Source: Octopus sinensis (Eukaryota). From it: a DNA stretch of 64,000 nt. Both the position numbers and the translations under genes were made by a program. The stretch spans positions 207,576,001 through 207,640,000 of the forward strand of contig NC_042997.1 in the NCBI RefSeq assembly GCF_006345805.1. Reading direction: 5' to 3'. The notes beneath the pieces are model-generated. The model was given only the letters and a program-made list of their open reading frames with translations, ran no database searches and had not been told where the DNA came from. This document shows positions 12,901-24,307 of this stretch, one piece after another; position 1 is the first letter of the stretch; each line of letters starts with the position of its first letter.

Positions 12901-13320
12901 ACCTGCATAAGTCAAGTAAAACCAAAATCATAGTGGTGGCCAGTGCCCCTTGACTGACTCTTGTTTCAGTGTCCCCTGATTACGTTCCTTGCTGGTGGCA
13001 TGAAAAAATAACCATCCAAATGTGGTCGATGCCAGTACCCCTTGATTGGCCCCCGTACTGGTGGTACATATAAAGCACTATCAGAAATGATTGATGCGAG
13101 GCCCACCTAACTGGCTCCTGTGCCGGTGGCACATAAAAAGCACCTACTACACTCTCAGAAAGGTTTGTGATTGGAATGGCATTCAGCTGTAGAAACATTG
13201 CCAAATTAGATTGAAGCCTGGTGCAGCCACTGTCTCTCCAGACCCCAGTCAAACCATCCAACCTATGCCAGAATGGAAAATGAATGTTAAATGATGATGA
13301 CGATGATGATGATGATGATG
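12900..13320 (-). mobile_element. RTE 3'UTR/tail fragment
   Basis: Reverse complement of the tail (catttccattctggcataggttgg), with (cat)n at ~13290-13320. Confidence 0.65.
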
Positions 13321-13335
13321 ATATATATATACACA

Positions 13336-13497
13336 GGCACAGGAGTGGCTGTGTGGTAAGTAGCTTGCTTGCCAACCACATGGTTCCAGGTTCAGTTCCA
13401 CAGTGCAGTACCTTGGGCAAGTATTTTCTACTATAGCCTCGGGCCAACCAGAGCTTTGTGAGTGGATTTGGTAGACAGAAGCTGAAAGAAGCCCATC
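13336..13497 (+). mobile_element. tRNA-derived SINE, 5' half
   Basis: A-box-like tggctgtgtggt and B-box-like ggttcagttcc; homologous to 52644. Confidence 0.8.
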
Positions 13498-13617
13498 ATA
13501 TCATCATCATCATCATCATCATCACTTAACGCTCGCTTTTCATGCTAGCATGGGTTGGACGATTTGACTGAGGTCTTGTGAACCAGACTCCAATCTGATC
13601 TGGCAGAGTTTCTACAG

Positions 13618-13654
<37 letters not shown>

Positions 13655-13657
<3 letters not shown>

Positions 13658-14972
13658 TTATAATTTATAGCTCCTTATCGTCCACGCTTCTCCCATAGGT
13701 TAGGCAAAATTTAGGTATTTATTTATAGCTACTAATAACTATTTCTCTCCCAAGGAAGGAAGAAATGGCTGCCGGCCGATTCTTGGTGGGCCACGACCCC
13801 CCCGTTCCTCTTCAATTGTCTTATATCTCTTCGATCGCCATTCGCCCCCTTTCTCCGCCACCCTATATGCATATAAACCAGCGACTGATTTCAACGGCCT
13901 CACTTGAATTCAGACTGGTATCCGACTCCCTACGAAAATACGAAATACGAAATATGAATCCAAGCTAAGCAATCTATATTTAATTTCAACCCGTGTACCT
14001 ACTTAACTATCTGCAACTGATCTGATCTTTTAGTTAGCCCTGTTTTATCTCTATTAGTATTATTGTTATGACTTGTGAAATTTAGCCTCACGCCTTGTGT
14101 CTTTTTTATATGTACATATAATTCTATAGTTCATCTTAATTATATATCGTTGTCTCATGTCTTGTGTTAAATATATATTTAATCTTAAAGCTTGCCCCTA
14201 ATTTTATTTTATTTTATCGATCAGTCTCACGCCTCGTAGATATAGAATAAATGTATTTATAATTTATAGCTCCTTATCGTCCACGCTTCTCCCATAGGTT
14301 AGGCAAAATTTAGGTATTTATTTATAGCTACTAATAACTATTTCTCTCCCAAGGAAGGAAGAAATGGCTGCCGGCCGATTCTTGGTGGGCCACGACCCCC
14401 CCGTTCCTCTTCAATTGTCTTATATCTCTTCGATCGCCATTCGCCCCCTTTCTCCGCCACCCTATATGCATATAAACCAGCGACTGATTTCAACGGCCTC
14501 ACTTGAATTCAGACTGGTATCCGACTCCCTACGAAAATACGAAATACGAAATATGAATCCAAGCTAAGCAATCTATATTTAATTTCAACCCGTGTACCTA
14601 CTTAACTATCTGCAACTGATCTGATCTTTTAGTTAGCCCTGTTTTATCTCTATTAGTATTATTGTTATGACTTGTGAAATTTAGCCTCACGCCTTGTGTC
14701 TTTTTTATATGTACATATAATTCTATAGTTCATCTTAATTATATATCGTTGTCTCATGTCTTGTGTTAAATATATATTTAATCTTAAAGCTTGCCCCTAA
14801 TTTTATTTTATTTTATCGATCAGTCTCACGCCTCGTAGATATAGAATAAATGTATTTATAATTTATAGCTCCTTATCGTCCACGCTTCTCCCATAGGTTA
14901 GGCAAAATTTAGGTATTTATTTATAGCTACTAATAACTATTTCTCTCCCAAGGAAGGAAGAAATGGCTGCCG
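13655..14972. repeat. Head-to-tail tandem repeat, 599-bp unit, ~2.2 apparently identical copies
   Basis: The same landmark (aatggctgcc) recurs at 13765, 14364 and 14963; copies read identical on visual comparison. Confidence 0.95.
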
Positions 14973-15170
14973 CCCGGTTTTCGCGGTGCACCCGCCCTCC
15001 CACCCCCACCACCGGTACAGGAAGTCCTAAATTTTTCTCATCCTTGTCTCCCTTATACACTCAAAGTCTTACGCCACCCCTACCTCCTTCCATAAAAGGT
15101 AGTGTTCAGTCATTGCAAGATATGTTTAGTGTTGTATACGAGGTTTGAACTTAAGTTCCATTGTTTGTCT

Positions 15171-18100
15171 ATGAATACTACCAAACGCGAGTTTTCTTTT
15201 CAGGTACATGACGCTATTAGGACCAATACCACTTCCACCCCCACCCACAGCCTCAGGGTTGGCACCCTCAACGTCGGCACACTGAAAGGCAGTTCTGGCG
15301 AGATAGTTGAATTGCTTGAACGGAGGTGGGTTGATATATGCTGCATTCAAGAAGTGAGGTGGAGAGGAGGTTCTGCTAGGTTCCTCACAGGCAAAGGACA
15401 GAGGTACAAGATTTTCTGGGCTGGGAATACTGACGGAGTCGGGGGTGTGGGCATGCTTATCGCCGAAAAATGGGTAGATAAGGTAATCGAGGTAGTCAGA
15501 GTAAGTGACAGAATAATTAAGATTAGATTAGTGCTCCACCATAGTTTAGCAACTATTATATCGGCCTATGCCCCTCAGCCAGGGCTACCTGATGGACAGA
15601 AAGACTGTTTCTATGACACCCTACTGCAGACCACATCATTGACGAACGACAGAGACCTTCTCTTTGTGGCTGGTGACTTCAATGGGCATGTTGGACGACG
15701 TGCTGGGGGCTTCCATGGCGTGCATGGAGGCTACGGTTATGGTTCCCGCAACGAGGAGGGAACCAGGCTGCTGGAGTTCTGCGATGCGAATAGTCTTATG
15801 ATTTGCAACACTAACTTCAGGAAACCGACAAGCCACCTGGTCACCTACCGATCGGGCCGGCATACTAGCCAAATCGACTACATCCTTGCCAGAAAAAGGG
15901 AAAGATGGCTGCTTATAAATGCCAAAACCTTCCCAAGTGAAGAATGCACCCCACAACATAGACTGGTAGTTAGTGACTTTAGGATCAGGACTAAGAGGGC
16001 GACTAGAAGACGACCAACATGGAGAAGAAGGGTCTGGAAGCTTAAAGACCCTGCGAATGGACAGAGATTTAGAGATATGTTATTTGAAGCTTTAGACGAA
16101 ATGGAAGGGAGTATAGCTACGCATGGGGTAGAAGACAACTGGACGCTTCTGAGGGACAACCTGCTGAAAGCCGCTGACCAGATCTGTGGCTGGTGCAAAG
16201 TCCCCTTAAGACCCAAAATAACGTGGTGGTGGAACAATATTGTTGACAGGGCTATTAGACAAAAGAAACAGGCTTGGAAGGCCTGGAAGAACGGTGGTAG
16301 CAGGGAAGTGTATCAGTCTGCCAGAAGGGAAGCCAGGAGACAGGTCTATCTAGCCAGAGGGGAAGCAGAGAAGGAAAAATTTGCCAATGTCCTGCGTCGT
16401 GAGGATGAAAGACTTGAGGTATTTCGTGTTGCAAGACAGTGTGTGAGAGAGAATCGTGACGTGGTAGGAGAGAAATGTGTTCGCAAGGAGGACGGTTCAC
16501 TTGCACTTAATGAGGGTGCAAAGAGAGAGACTTGGAGACGCCACTATGATAGGTTGCTGAATGAAGAAAATGAATGGGATAAAGAGAGTCTGCCGAATGT
16601 CGACCCAACAGAGGGACCAGCAATCCGAGTTAACAGTTCCTTAGTAGATAAGGCAATTAGAAGCATGAAAACAGGGAAAGCCCCAGGCCCATCAGGAATT
16701 ACTGCAGAGATGCTCAAAATATCTGGTGGTGTCGGCTATAGCTTAGTCACCCGTATAGTTAACCAGGTGATACACGAGGGGGTCATACCCAATGACTGGT
16801 GTAGCAGCATAATAGTCAACTGCTACAAAGGTAAAGGCGACGCCCTAGAGACAAATAACTACAGGGGCATCAAGCTGCTGGATCAGGTAATGAAGGTTAC
16901 GGAGAGGGTTGTAGCCCAACTAATTAGAGAGAGAGTTACCTTAGATGATATGCAGTTTGGGTTCGTGCCAGGGAAAAGTACTACTGATGCTATATTCCTG
17001 GTAAGACAGCTGCAGGAGAAATACCTAGCCAAAGATAAGCCCTTGTACCTGGCTTTTGTTGACTTGGAGAAAGCCTTTGACAGGGTCCCCCGGTCCCTTA
17101 TCTGGTGGTCAATGAGGAAACTAGGGATAGAAGAATGGTTGGTGAGAGCTGTGCAAGCCATGTACAGAGACGCTGCTAGTAAGGTGAGGGTGGGCAACGA
17201 GTACAGTGAAGAATTCCGGGTAGAGGTTGGGGTCCACCAAGGTTCAGTCCTCAGTCCCCTCCTATTTATCATAGTCCTCCAGGCAATAACGGAGGAATTC
17301 AAGACAGGTTGCCCCTGGGAGCTCCTCTATGCTGATGACCTTGCTCTAATTGCTGAGTCACTATCAGAACTGGAGGAGAAGTTCCAGGTGTGGAAACAAG
17401 GATTAGAATCGAAGGGCCTTAGAATCAACCTAGCCAAAACCAAAGTTCTAATAAGTAGGAAGGTAGATCAATCACAAACGCCTTCAGGTAGATGGCCCTG
17501 CTCGATCTGTAAAAAAGGTGTAGGTAGAAACTCTATAAGATGCACCAAGTGTAAGCTATGGACACATAAGAGGTGCAGCAATGTCAAAGGAAGGCTAACT
17601 AGGAAAATAGTTTTTGTCTGTGGCAAATGCTCAGGAGCAATAAACACTGGAAATATGCAGAGACCAACTTCTGCCACGTTCCAGGGAGACAAACTAGAAG
17701 TAGTTGATAGCTTCCGCTACCTAGGAGACCAAGTCAGTAGCGGGGGGGGTGTGCTGAAAGTGTAACTGCTAGAGTAAGAATAGCCTGGGCAAAGTTTAGA
17801 GAGCTCTTACCCCTGCTGGTGACAAAAGGCCTCTCGCTCAGAGTAAAAGGCAGACTGTATGATGCATGTGTACGTACAGCCATGCTACATGGTAGTGAAA
17901 CATGGGCCGTGACTGCTGAGGATATGCGTAAGCTCGCAAGAAATGAAGCCAGTATGCTCCGATGGATGTGTAATGTCAGTGTTCATAATCGTCAGAGTGT
18001 AAGTTCCTTGAGAGAAAAGCTGAACCTAAGAAGCGTCAGTTGTGGCGTGCAAGAGAGACGGCTGCGCTGGTATGGTCATGTGACAAGAAAGGCTGAAGAT

Positions 18101-18280
18101 AGTTGTGTGCAAAAGTGCTACACCCTAGCAGTGGAGGGAACCTGTGGAAGAGGTAGACCCAGGAAAACCTGGGACGAGGTGGTGAAGCACGACCTTCGAA
18201 CTTTAGGTCTCACTAAGGAAATGTCTAGAGACCGAGACCTATGGAAGTATGCTGTGCATGAGAAGACCCGGCAAGACTAG
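15171..18280 (+). CDS. RTE endonuclease-reverse transcriptase polyprotein, one 1-bp frameshift at ~17742-17749
   Basis: First ATG at 15171; open to 17765. The G8 run is one base shorter than the homologous gggggtggg in the 50260 copy; the shifted frame (17819-18280 ORF) continues CAESVTARVRIAW...EKTRQD*. Confidence 0.9.
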
Positions 18281-20540
18281 TCAGGCCATAACCCGTGGCC
18301 CCGACCTGGGACGTAGTCAGTCCTGTGCATACCTTCCTTCTTGTGACACTTATGAAGACCTGTTGAGGCAAGTGAAAATCAAATCAAATCAAAACAAATC
18401 AAAATAGATGAACATCAGTGGAATTGTATTCTTTGTGGTACCAGTGCCGGTGGCACACAAGAAAACCACCCAAACGTGGCCGTAACCAGTACCGCATCGA
18501 CTGGCCTCCGTGCTGTGGGCACAACAAACACCATCCGATCGTGGCCGTTCGCCAGCCTCATCTGGCACCTGTGCCGGTGGCACATAAAGACACCATCCGA
18601 AGACCCGGCGACGTAGTCAGTCCACCTGTGCATACCTTCCCTCTTATGACACTTGTGAAGACCTGTTGAGGCAAGTGTGTGACACTTGTGAAGACCTGTT
18701 GAGGCAAGTGAAAATCAAACCAAATCAAAATAGATGAATATCAATGGAATTTGTATCTTTGTGGTTCCAGTACCGGTGGCACACAAGAAAACCATCCGAA
18801 GTGGCCGTAGCTGGTACCGCATCGACTGGCCTCCGTGCTGTGGGCACAACAAACACCATCTGATCGTGGCCGTTCGCCAGCCTCACCTGGCACCTGTGTC
18901 GGTGGCACATAAAAACACCATCCAAAGACCCGGCGACGTAGTCAGTCCACCTGTGCATACCTTCCCTCTTATGACACTTGTGAAGACCTGTTGAGGCAGA
19001 GGCAAGTGTGTGACACTTTGTGAAGACCTGTTGAGGCAGAGGCAAGTGTGTGACACTTGTGGAGACCTGTTGAGGCAAGTGTGTGACACGCGTGACACTT
19101 GTGAAGACCTGTTGAGGCAAGTGAAAATCAAACCAAATCAAAATAGATGAATATCAATGGAATTTGTATCTTTGTGGTTCCAGTACCGGTGGCACACAAG
19201 AAAACCATCCGAAGTGGCCGTAGCTGGTACCGCATCGACTGGCCTCCGTGCTGTGGGCACAACAAACACCATCCGATCGTGGCCGTTCGCCAGCCTCATC
19301 TGGCACCTGTGCCGGTGGCACATAAAGACACCATCCGAAGACCCGGCGACGTAGTCAGTCCACCTGTGCATACCTTCCCTCTTATGACACTTGTGAAGAC
19401 CTGTTGAGGCAAGTGTGTGACACTTGTGAAGACCTGTTGAGGCAAGTGAAAATCAAACCAAATCAAAATAGATGAATATCAATGGAATTTGTATCTTTGT
19501 GGTTCCAGTACCGGTGGCACACAAGAAAACCATCCGAAGTGGCCGTAGCTGGTACCGCATCGACTGGCCTCCGTGCTGTGGGCACAACAAACACCATCTG
19601 ATCGTGGCCGTTCGCCAGCCTCACCTGGCACCTGTGTCGGTGGCACATAAAAACACCATCCAAAGACCCGGCGACGTAGTCAGTCCACCTGTGCATACCT
19701 TCCCTCTTATGACACTTGTGAAGACCTGTTGAGGCAGAGGCAAGTGTGTGACACTTTGTGAAGACCTGTTGAGGCAGAGGCAAGTGTGTGACACTTGTGG
19801 AGACCTGTTGAGGCAAGTGTGTGACACGCGTGACACTTGTGAAGACCTGTTGAGGCAAGTGAAATCAAACCAAATCAAAATAGATGAACATCAATGGAAT
19901 TTGTATCTTGTGGTTCCAGTACCAGTGGCACACAAGAAAACCATCCGATCGTGGCCGTTCGCCAGCCACATCTGGCACCTGTGTCGGTGGCACATAAAGA
20001 CACCATCCGAAGACCCGGCGACGTAGACAGTCCACCTGTGCATACCTTCCTTCTTGTGACACTTGTGAAGACCTGTTGAGGCAAGTGACACTTGTGAAGA
20101 CCTGTTGAGGCAAGTGAAAATCAAATCAAATCAAAACAAATCAAAATAGATGAACATAAATGGAATTGTATCTTTGTGGTACCAGTGCCGGTGGCACACA
20201 AGAAAATCATCTGAACGTGGCCGTAGCCAGTACCGCATAGACTGGCCTCCGTGCTTTGGGGACGTAACAAACACCATCCGATCGTGGCCGTCCGCCAGCC
20301 TCATCTGGCACCTGTGTCGGTGGCACATAAAACACCATCCGAGCGGCCGTCTGCCAGCCTCGTCTGGCACCTGCCAGCCTCATCTGGCACCTGTGTCGGT
20401 GGCACATAAAAACACCATCCGAGCGTGGCCGTCTGCCAGCCTCGTCTGGCACCTGTGTCGGTGGCACATAAAAACACCATCCGAGCGTGGCCGTTCGCCA
20501 GCCTCGTCTGGCACCTGTGTCGGTGGCACATAAAATCACC
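18281..20540 (+). repeat. Complex higher-order VNTR in RTE 3'UTR
   Basis: The module landmark atgaa(c/t)at recurs at 18408, 18734, 19147, 19472, 19884 and 20150. Inner ~30-37-bp repeats (gacacttgtgaagacctgttgaggcaagtgt) are present, and ~51-bp units run from 20280 to 20530. Confidence 0.9.
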
Positions 20541-20707
20541 CACTACACTCTCGGAGTGGTTGGCGTTAGGAAGGGCATCCAGCTGTAGAAACACTGCCAG
20601 ATCTGACTGGCCTGGTGCAGCCTTCGGGCTCCCCAGACCCCAGTTGAACCGTCCAACCCATGCTAGCATGGAAAACGGACGCTAAATGATGATGATGATG
20701 ATGATGA

Positions 20708-20749
<42 letters not shown>

Positions 20750-20751
<2 letters not shown>

Positions 20752-20940
20752 ATGTTTGTTCCCCGCAACATCGCTTGACAACCAATGCTGTTGTGTTTAT
20801 GTCCCATCACTTAGCAGTTCAGCAAGATAGGCTGATAGAATAAGTACTAGGCTTACAAAGAATAAGTCCTGGGGTCGATTTGCTCGAGTAAAGGCAGTGC
20901 TCCAGCATGGCCTCAGTCAATGGCTGAAACAAATAAAAGA
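20750..20940 (+). mobile_element. tRNA-derived SINE, 3' half
   Basis: ttgacaaccaatgctg...aagaataagtcctggggtcgatttgctcg...ctgaaacaaataaaag, homologous to 53050-53248. Confidence 0.8.
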
Positions 20941-21109
20941 ATAAATATATATATGTATATATATATATATATATGAAGGGCATCCAGCTGTAGAAACATT
21001 GCCAGATTAGACTGGAGCCTGGTGCAGCCTTCTGGCTTCCCAGAACCCCAGTCGAACCGTCCAACCCATGCTAGCATGGAGAACGGACGTTAAACGACGA
21101 TGATGATGA

Positions 21110-21138
<29 letters not shown>

Positions 21139-21148
<10 letters not shown>

Positions 21149-21243
21149 GGGCTCAGTAAAATAATTTACTTTGCCACATACTGAAATTTTTAGAATTTCA
21201 GTATGTGGCAAAGTAAATTATTTTACTGAGCCCTAATTATATA
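21139..21243. repeat. Perfect inverted repeat, 50-bp arms, 5-nt loop
   Basis: 21139-21188 is the exact reverse complement of 21194-21243; loop tttag. Confidence 0.95.
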
Positions 21244-21435
21244 ACATAATATTTTGAATACGCCTTGAATGGTCCTTTTACATACTGAACACTACTTTGT
21301 GAAATTAATTAATAATTGATTGATTTTACCCTTAATTATTGATATATATATATATATTCAATATGTGACCGCGTGTGTATTGTTGGTGATTTTCTATCTC
21401 CATCTTCCCTTTCTTGGATCTTTCCTTTTCCTATG

Positions 21436-21468
21436 TTTCTGACAAAGAGTTCTGCTCGAAACGTTAAA
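21436..21468 (+). ncRNA. Minimal hammerhead-like motif (G8A variant) in Penelope-pLTR-like unit 21360-21570
   Basis: TTT CTGACAA A GAGT tct GCTC GAAA CG TT AAA. Confidence 0.55.
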
Positions 21469-21589
21469 TCCTCCTTCTTTCCTTCCTTTCCCGTGTGACC
21501 AATAACATTATACTTGTTCCACGTCCTTGTGCTGTTGTGTTTTCTCTTTGTTCCTGTTTAGTGTAACTATATATCACACACACACACAC

Positions 21590-22320
21590 CATCGTTTAAC
21601 GTCTGTTTTCCATGCTTGCATGAGTTGGACGGTTTGACCGGGGTCTGGGAGGCCAGGAGGCTGCACCAGGCCCCAGTCTGATCTGGCAGTGTTTCTACAG
21701 GTGGATGCCCTTCCTAACGCCAACCACTCCGTGAGTGTAGCAGGTGCTTTTTACGTGCCACCAGCACAGGTACCAGGGGAGGCTGGCAACAGCCATGATC
21801 AGTTGGTGCTTTTTACATGCCACCGGCACGGAGGCAAGTCAAGGCGGCACTGGCAACGGCCACGTTCAGATGGTTCTTTTTACGTGCCACTGGCACAGGG
21901 ATCACAGCTACAATTTCCATTGATTTTTGATGTTGATGTACTTGACTCAATAGGTCTCCTCAAGTTCACAGTTGAAACGGTGTTTCTTTACTTGCCACCT
22001 GCACAGGAGTCAGTCCAGCGACACTGGCAGCTGCCAGGTGCCAGTCATACGATTGGTTCAATTTCGATTTCACTTGCCCCAACAGGTCTTCACAAGCAGA
22101 GTTTAGTGTCCAGTGAAGGGAGGTTGGCATGGGTGCCAGTCGATGAATTTGGTTCGATTTCGAATTCAATTTCTATTTCACTTACCTCAACAGGTCTTTG
22201 CAAGCAGAGTTTTGTGTCCAAAGAAGGAAAGCTATGCATAAGTGGGCTAGCTACATCCCTGGAAAAGGCCACGGGTTATGGACTCACTTGTCCTGCTGGG
22301 TCTTCTCACGTACAGCATAT
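21590..22320 (-). mobile_element. RTE 3'UTR/tail with VNTR modules
   Basis: Reverse-complement tail from 21590, plus repeated aaaagcacc/gtgccagtggcac modules. Confidence 0.75.
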
Positions 22321-22322
22321 TC

Positions 22323-22355
<33 letters not shown>

Positions 22356-22417
22356 TCACCATGATAGATCGTTAGCCAGTACACACATTTATTCTCTCCT
22401 TGTTTTTTTCTGTGTCC

Positions 22418-22455
22418 CTTTCTGTAGAAGAGCGTAGGCTCAAAACGTAAAAGAC
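22418..22455 (+). ncRNA. Degenerate minimal hammerhead-like motif in pLTR-like unit 22350-22545
   Basis: CTTT CTGTAGA A GAGC gtag GCTC AAAA CG TA AAAG; two core substitutions. Confidence 0.45.
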
Positions 22456-22564
22456 TTTTTTCTATTCCTGAGCGTTATACTAATACATCTGTTTGTTTGT
22501 ACACCACCTGTCTTCGTCTTTTGTTTTTTTTTGTAAACTTTCCCTATATATATATATATAAATT

Positions 22565-23030
22565 CGATGACCGCCACCCGGTCATTGCCAGTGCCACTGG
22601 ACTGACACCTGTGCAGGTGGCAAGTAAAGAAACACTGTTTCAACCATGAGCTTGAGGAGACCTATTGAGTCAAGTACATCAACATCAAAAATCAATGGAA
22701 ATTGTAGTTGTGATCCCTGTGCCGGTAGCACATAAAAAGCACCATCCGAACGTGGCCGATGCCAGCCCACCTTGACTGGCTTCCATGCTGGTGGCACGTA
22801 AAAAGCACCAACTGATCATGGCCGCTGCCAACCTTCCCTGGCACCTGTGCTGGTGGTACGTAAAAAGCACCCACTACACTCACAGAGTGGTTGGCGTTAG
22901 GAAGGACATCCAGCTGTAGAAACACTGCCAGATCAGACTAGAGCCTGGTGCAGCCTCCTGGCTTCCTAGACCCCAGTCGAACTGTCCAACCCGTGCTAGC
23001 ACGGAAAACGGACGTTAAACGATGATGATG
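22565..23030 (+). mobile_element. RTE 3'UTR/tail fragment
   Basis: aaaagcaccatccgaacgtggccgatgccagc modules, tail and (gat)n. Confidence 0.75.
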
Positions 23031-23086
23031 ATATATATATATGATATGTATATATAGATGTATATGTCTTTATATATATATATATA

Positions 23087-23560
23087 CTAGCAGTATAGCC
23101 TGGCTTTGCCCAGGATTAAGTTAGGATTATTAACCTAATCAAGTTCTTTATTTCAAACCAAACTAAGTAACATCGACATCAAATTTGGGTGAAATCCATT
23201 GAAATTCATAAACTCTTGGCTGAAAACTTGATTGAGTAATGCTATAAGGAATCGGTTTATCGATTTTTACCAATCATCAATTTTTGTTTTTCCATTTTTG
23301 GGGAACTTAAAGCATTCAAAGATCCCATGAGTCCTAAGTAATGCTGGCATCAAGTTTGAACAAAATACATCAAAATAGGTAAAAGTGATGGTTGAAAATG
23401 GGGTGTAGCCAGTTTTATTGGGAAATCCTATAAGGAATCGGTTTATCAATTTTTTTCCTCCTGATTGAAAGGAAAACCCCACAAGGAATCAGTTTATTGA
23501 TTTTTCACCCCAATTAGGACTTAACCAAACACAATATTGCTGATTCAAAAACATCTATAT
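23087..23560 (-). mobile_element. Non-autonomous Helitron-like element, 3' end at 23087
   Basis: On the minus strand a CCTGG..CCAGG hairpin lies ~10 nt before terminal CTAG-T, inserted in (TA)n; 5' end not found. Confidence 0.5.
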
Positions 23561-24307
23561 TTATACTTTAAAGTTAGTTTTCACACCCAACCCAGTTCTG
23601 CAGAATCAGTGTCGCGATGGGAGCGCGTGAGTTGGGAGTTTGATCAGCAGAGGTGATCAGGTTGCACATGCCAGCCCTTCAAAAACACCACCTCCATCAT
23701 CTAACCCCCCTTTAACCATGGGTTGGGAACCCTTCCAGCAAGGAAATTAGAATGCCCAAAAGGCCTCCCGATCCTCTGTATCAGAAGCGGTTATGTTCAG
23801 ATCACAACTAAGTCTTAAGTATATATATATATATATATATGGGCAACACACATACACACAAGTATGTACATACACCTATTGCATACATGATTCTTGTACA
23901 CATTCATGTTCATGTGTGTGTGTGTGTTGCCCGTATATCAACAGAACACATTTTTCCTTAATGGAAAAAAAAAAACAAAAGTCTTAACAAAAACTTAATC
24001 ATCGCTAGAAGGGGATTTAACTCCTGTTTGTAAACAATGGTGATTTCTCCGACTTGAAAATTGTTAAAAGTTTTGGTTGAAAATTTATTTTTACTACTAT
24101 TAGCTGCTGCCTCTGGGAAAAATAAGTTGATGAAAATACAGCTAGAGTCATGATGAATGTCCTCCTAAAATTGGAGTGACATGCGTGCTAATTTGTGGAC
24201 ATGCATAAATTACATTCACATACACACACACACACACATCCTTCCTTTTATATATACAGATATATATGTATATATGTATATGTATGTGTGTGTGTGTATA
24301 TATGTAC

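Larger units (their letters stand above)
14973..20710 (+). mobile_element. Full-length, near-intact RTE-clade LINE with expanded 3'UTR and (TGA)n tail
   Basis: C-rich 5'UTR; single ORF with APE endonuclease (GTLNVGTL, DFNGHVG, QIDYIL) and RT (FVDLEKAFD, QGSVLSP, LLYADD); 3' VNTR; tail ccaacccatgctagcatgg...(tga)n. Confidence 0.95.

Noticed and set aside
15636-17692. Minus-strand ORFs overlapping the RTE CDS (and similar antisense ORFs at 4301, 49810, 38685)
   Set aside because: They are antisense shadows of real coding frames, with no independent motifs.
18281-20540. Repeat arrays here and at 49030-49700 as CRISPR arrays
   Set aside because: The intervening segments are themselves homologous, not unique spacers. 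There are no cas genes, and the arrays lie in LINE 3'UTRs in eukaryotic DNA.
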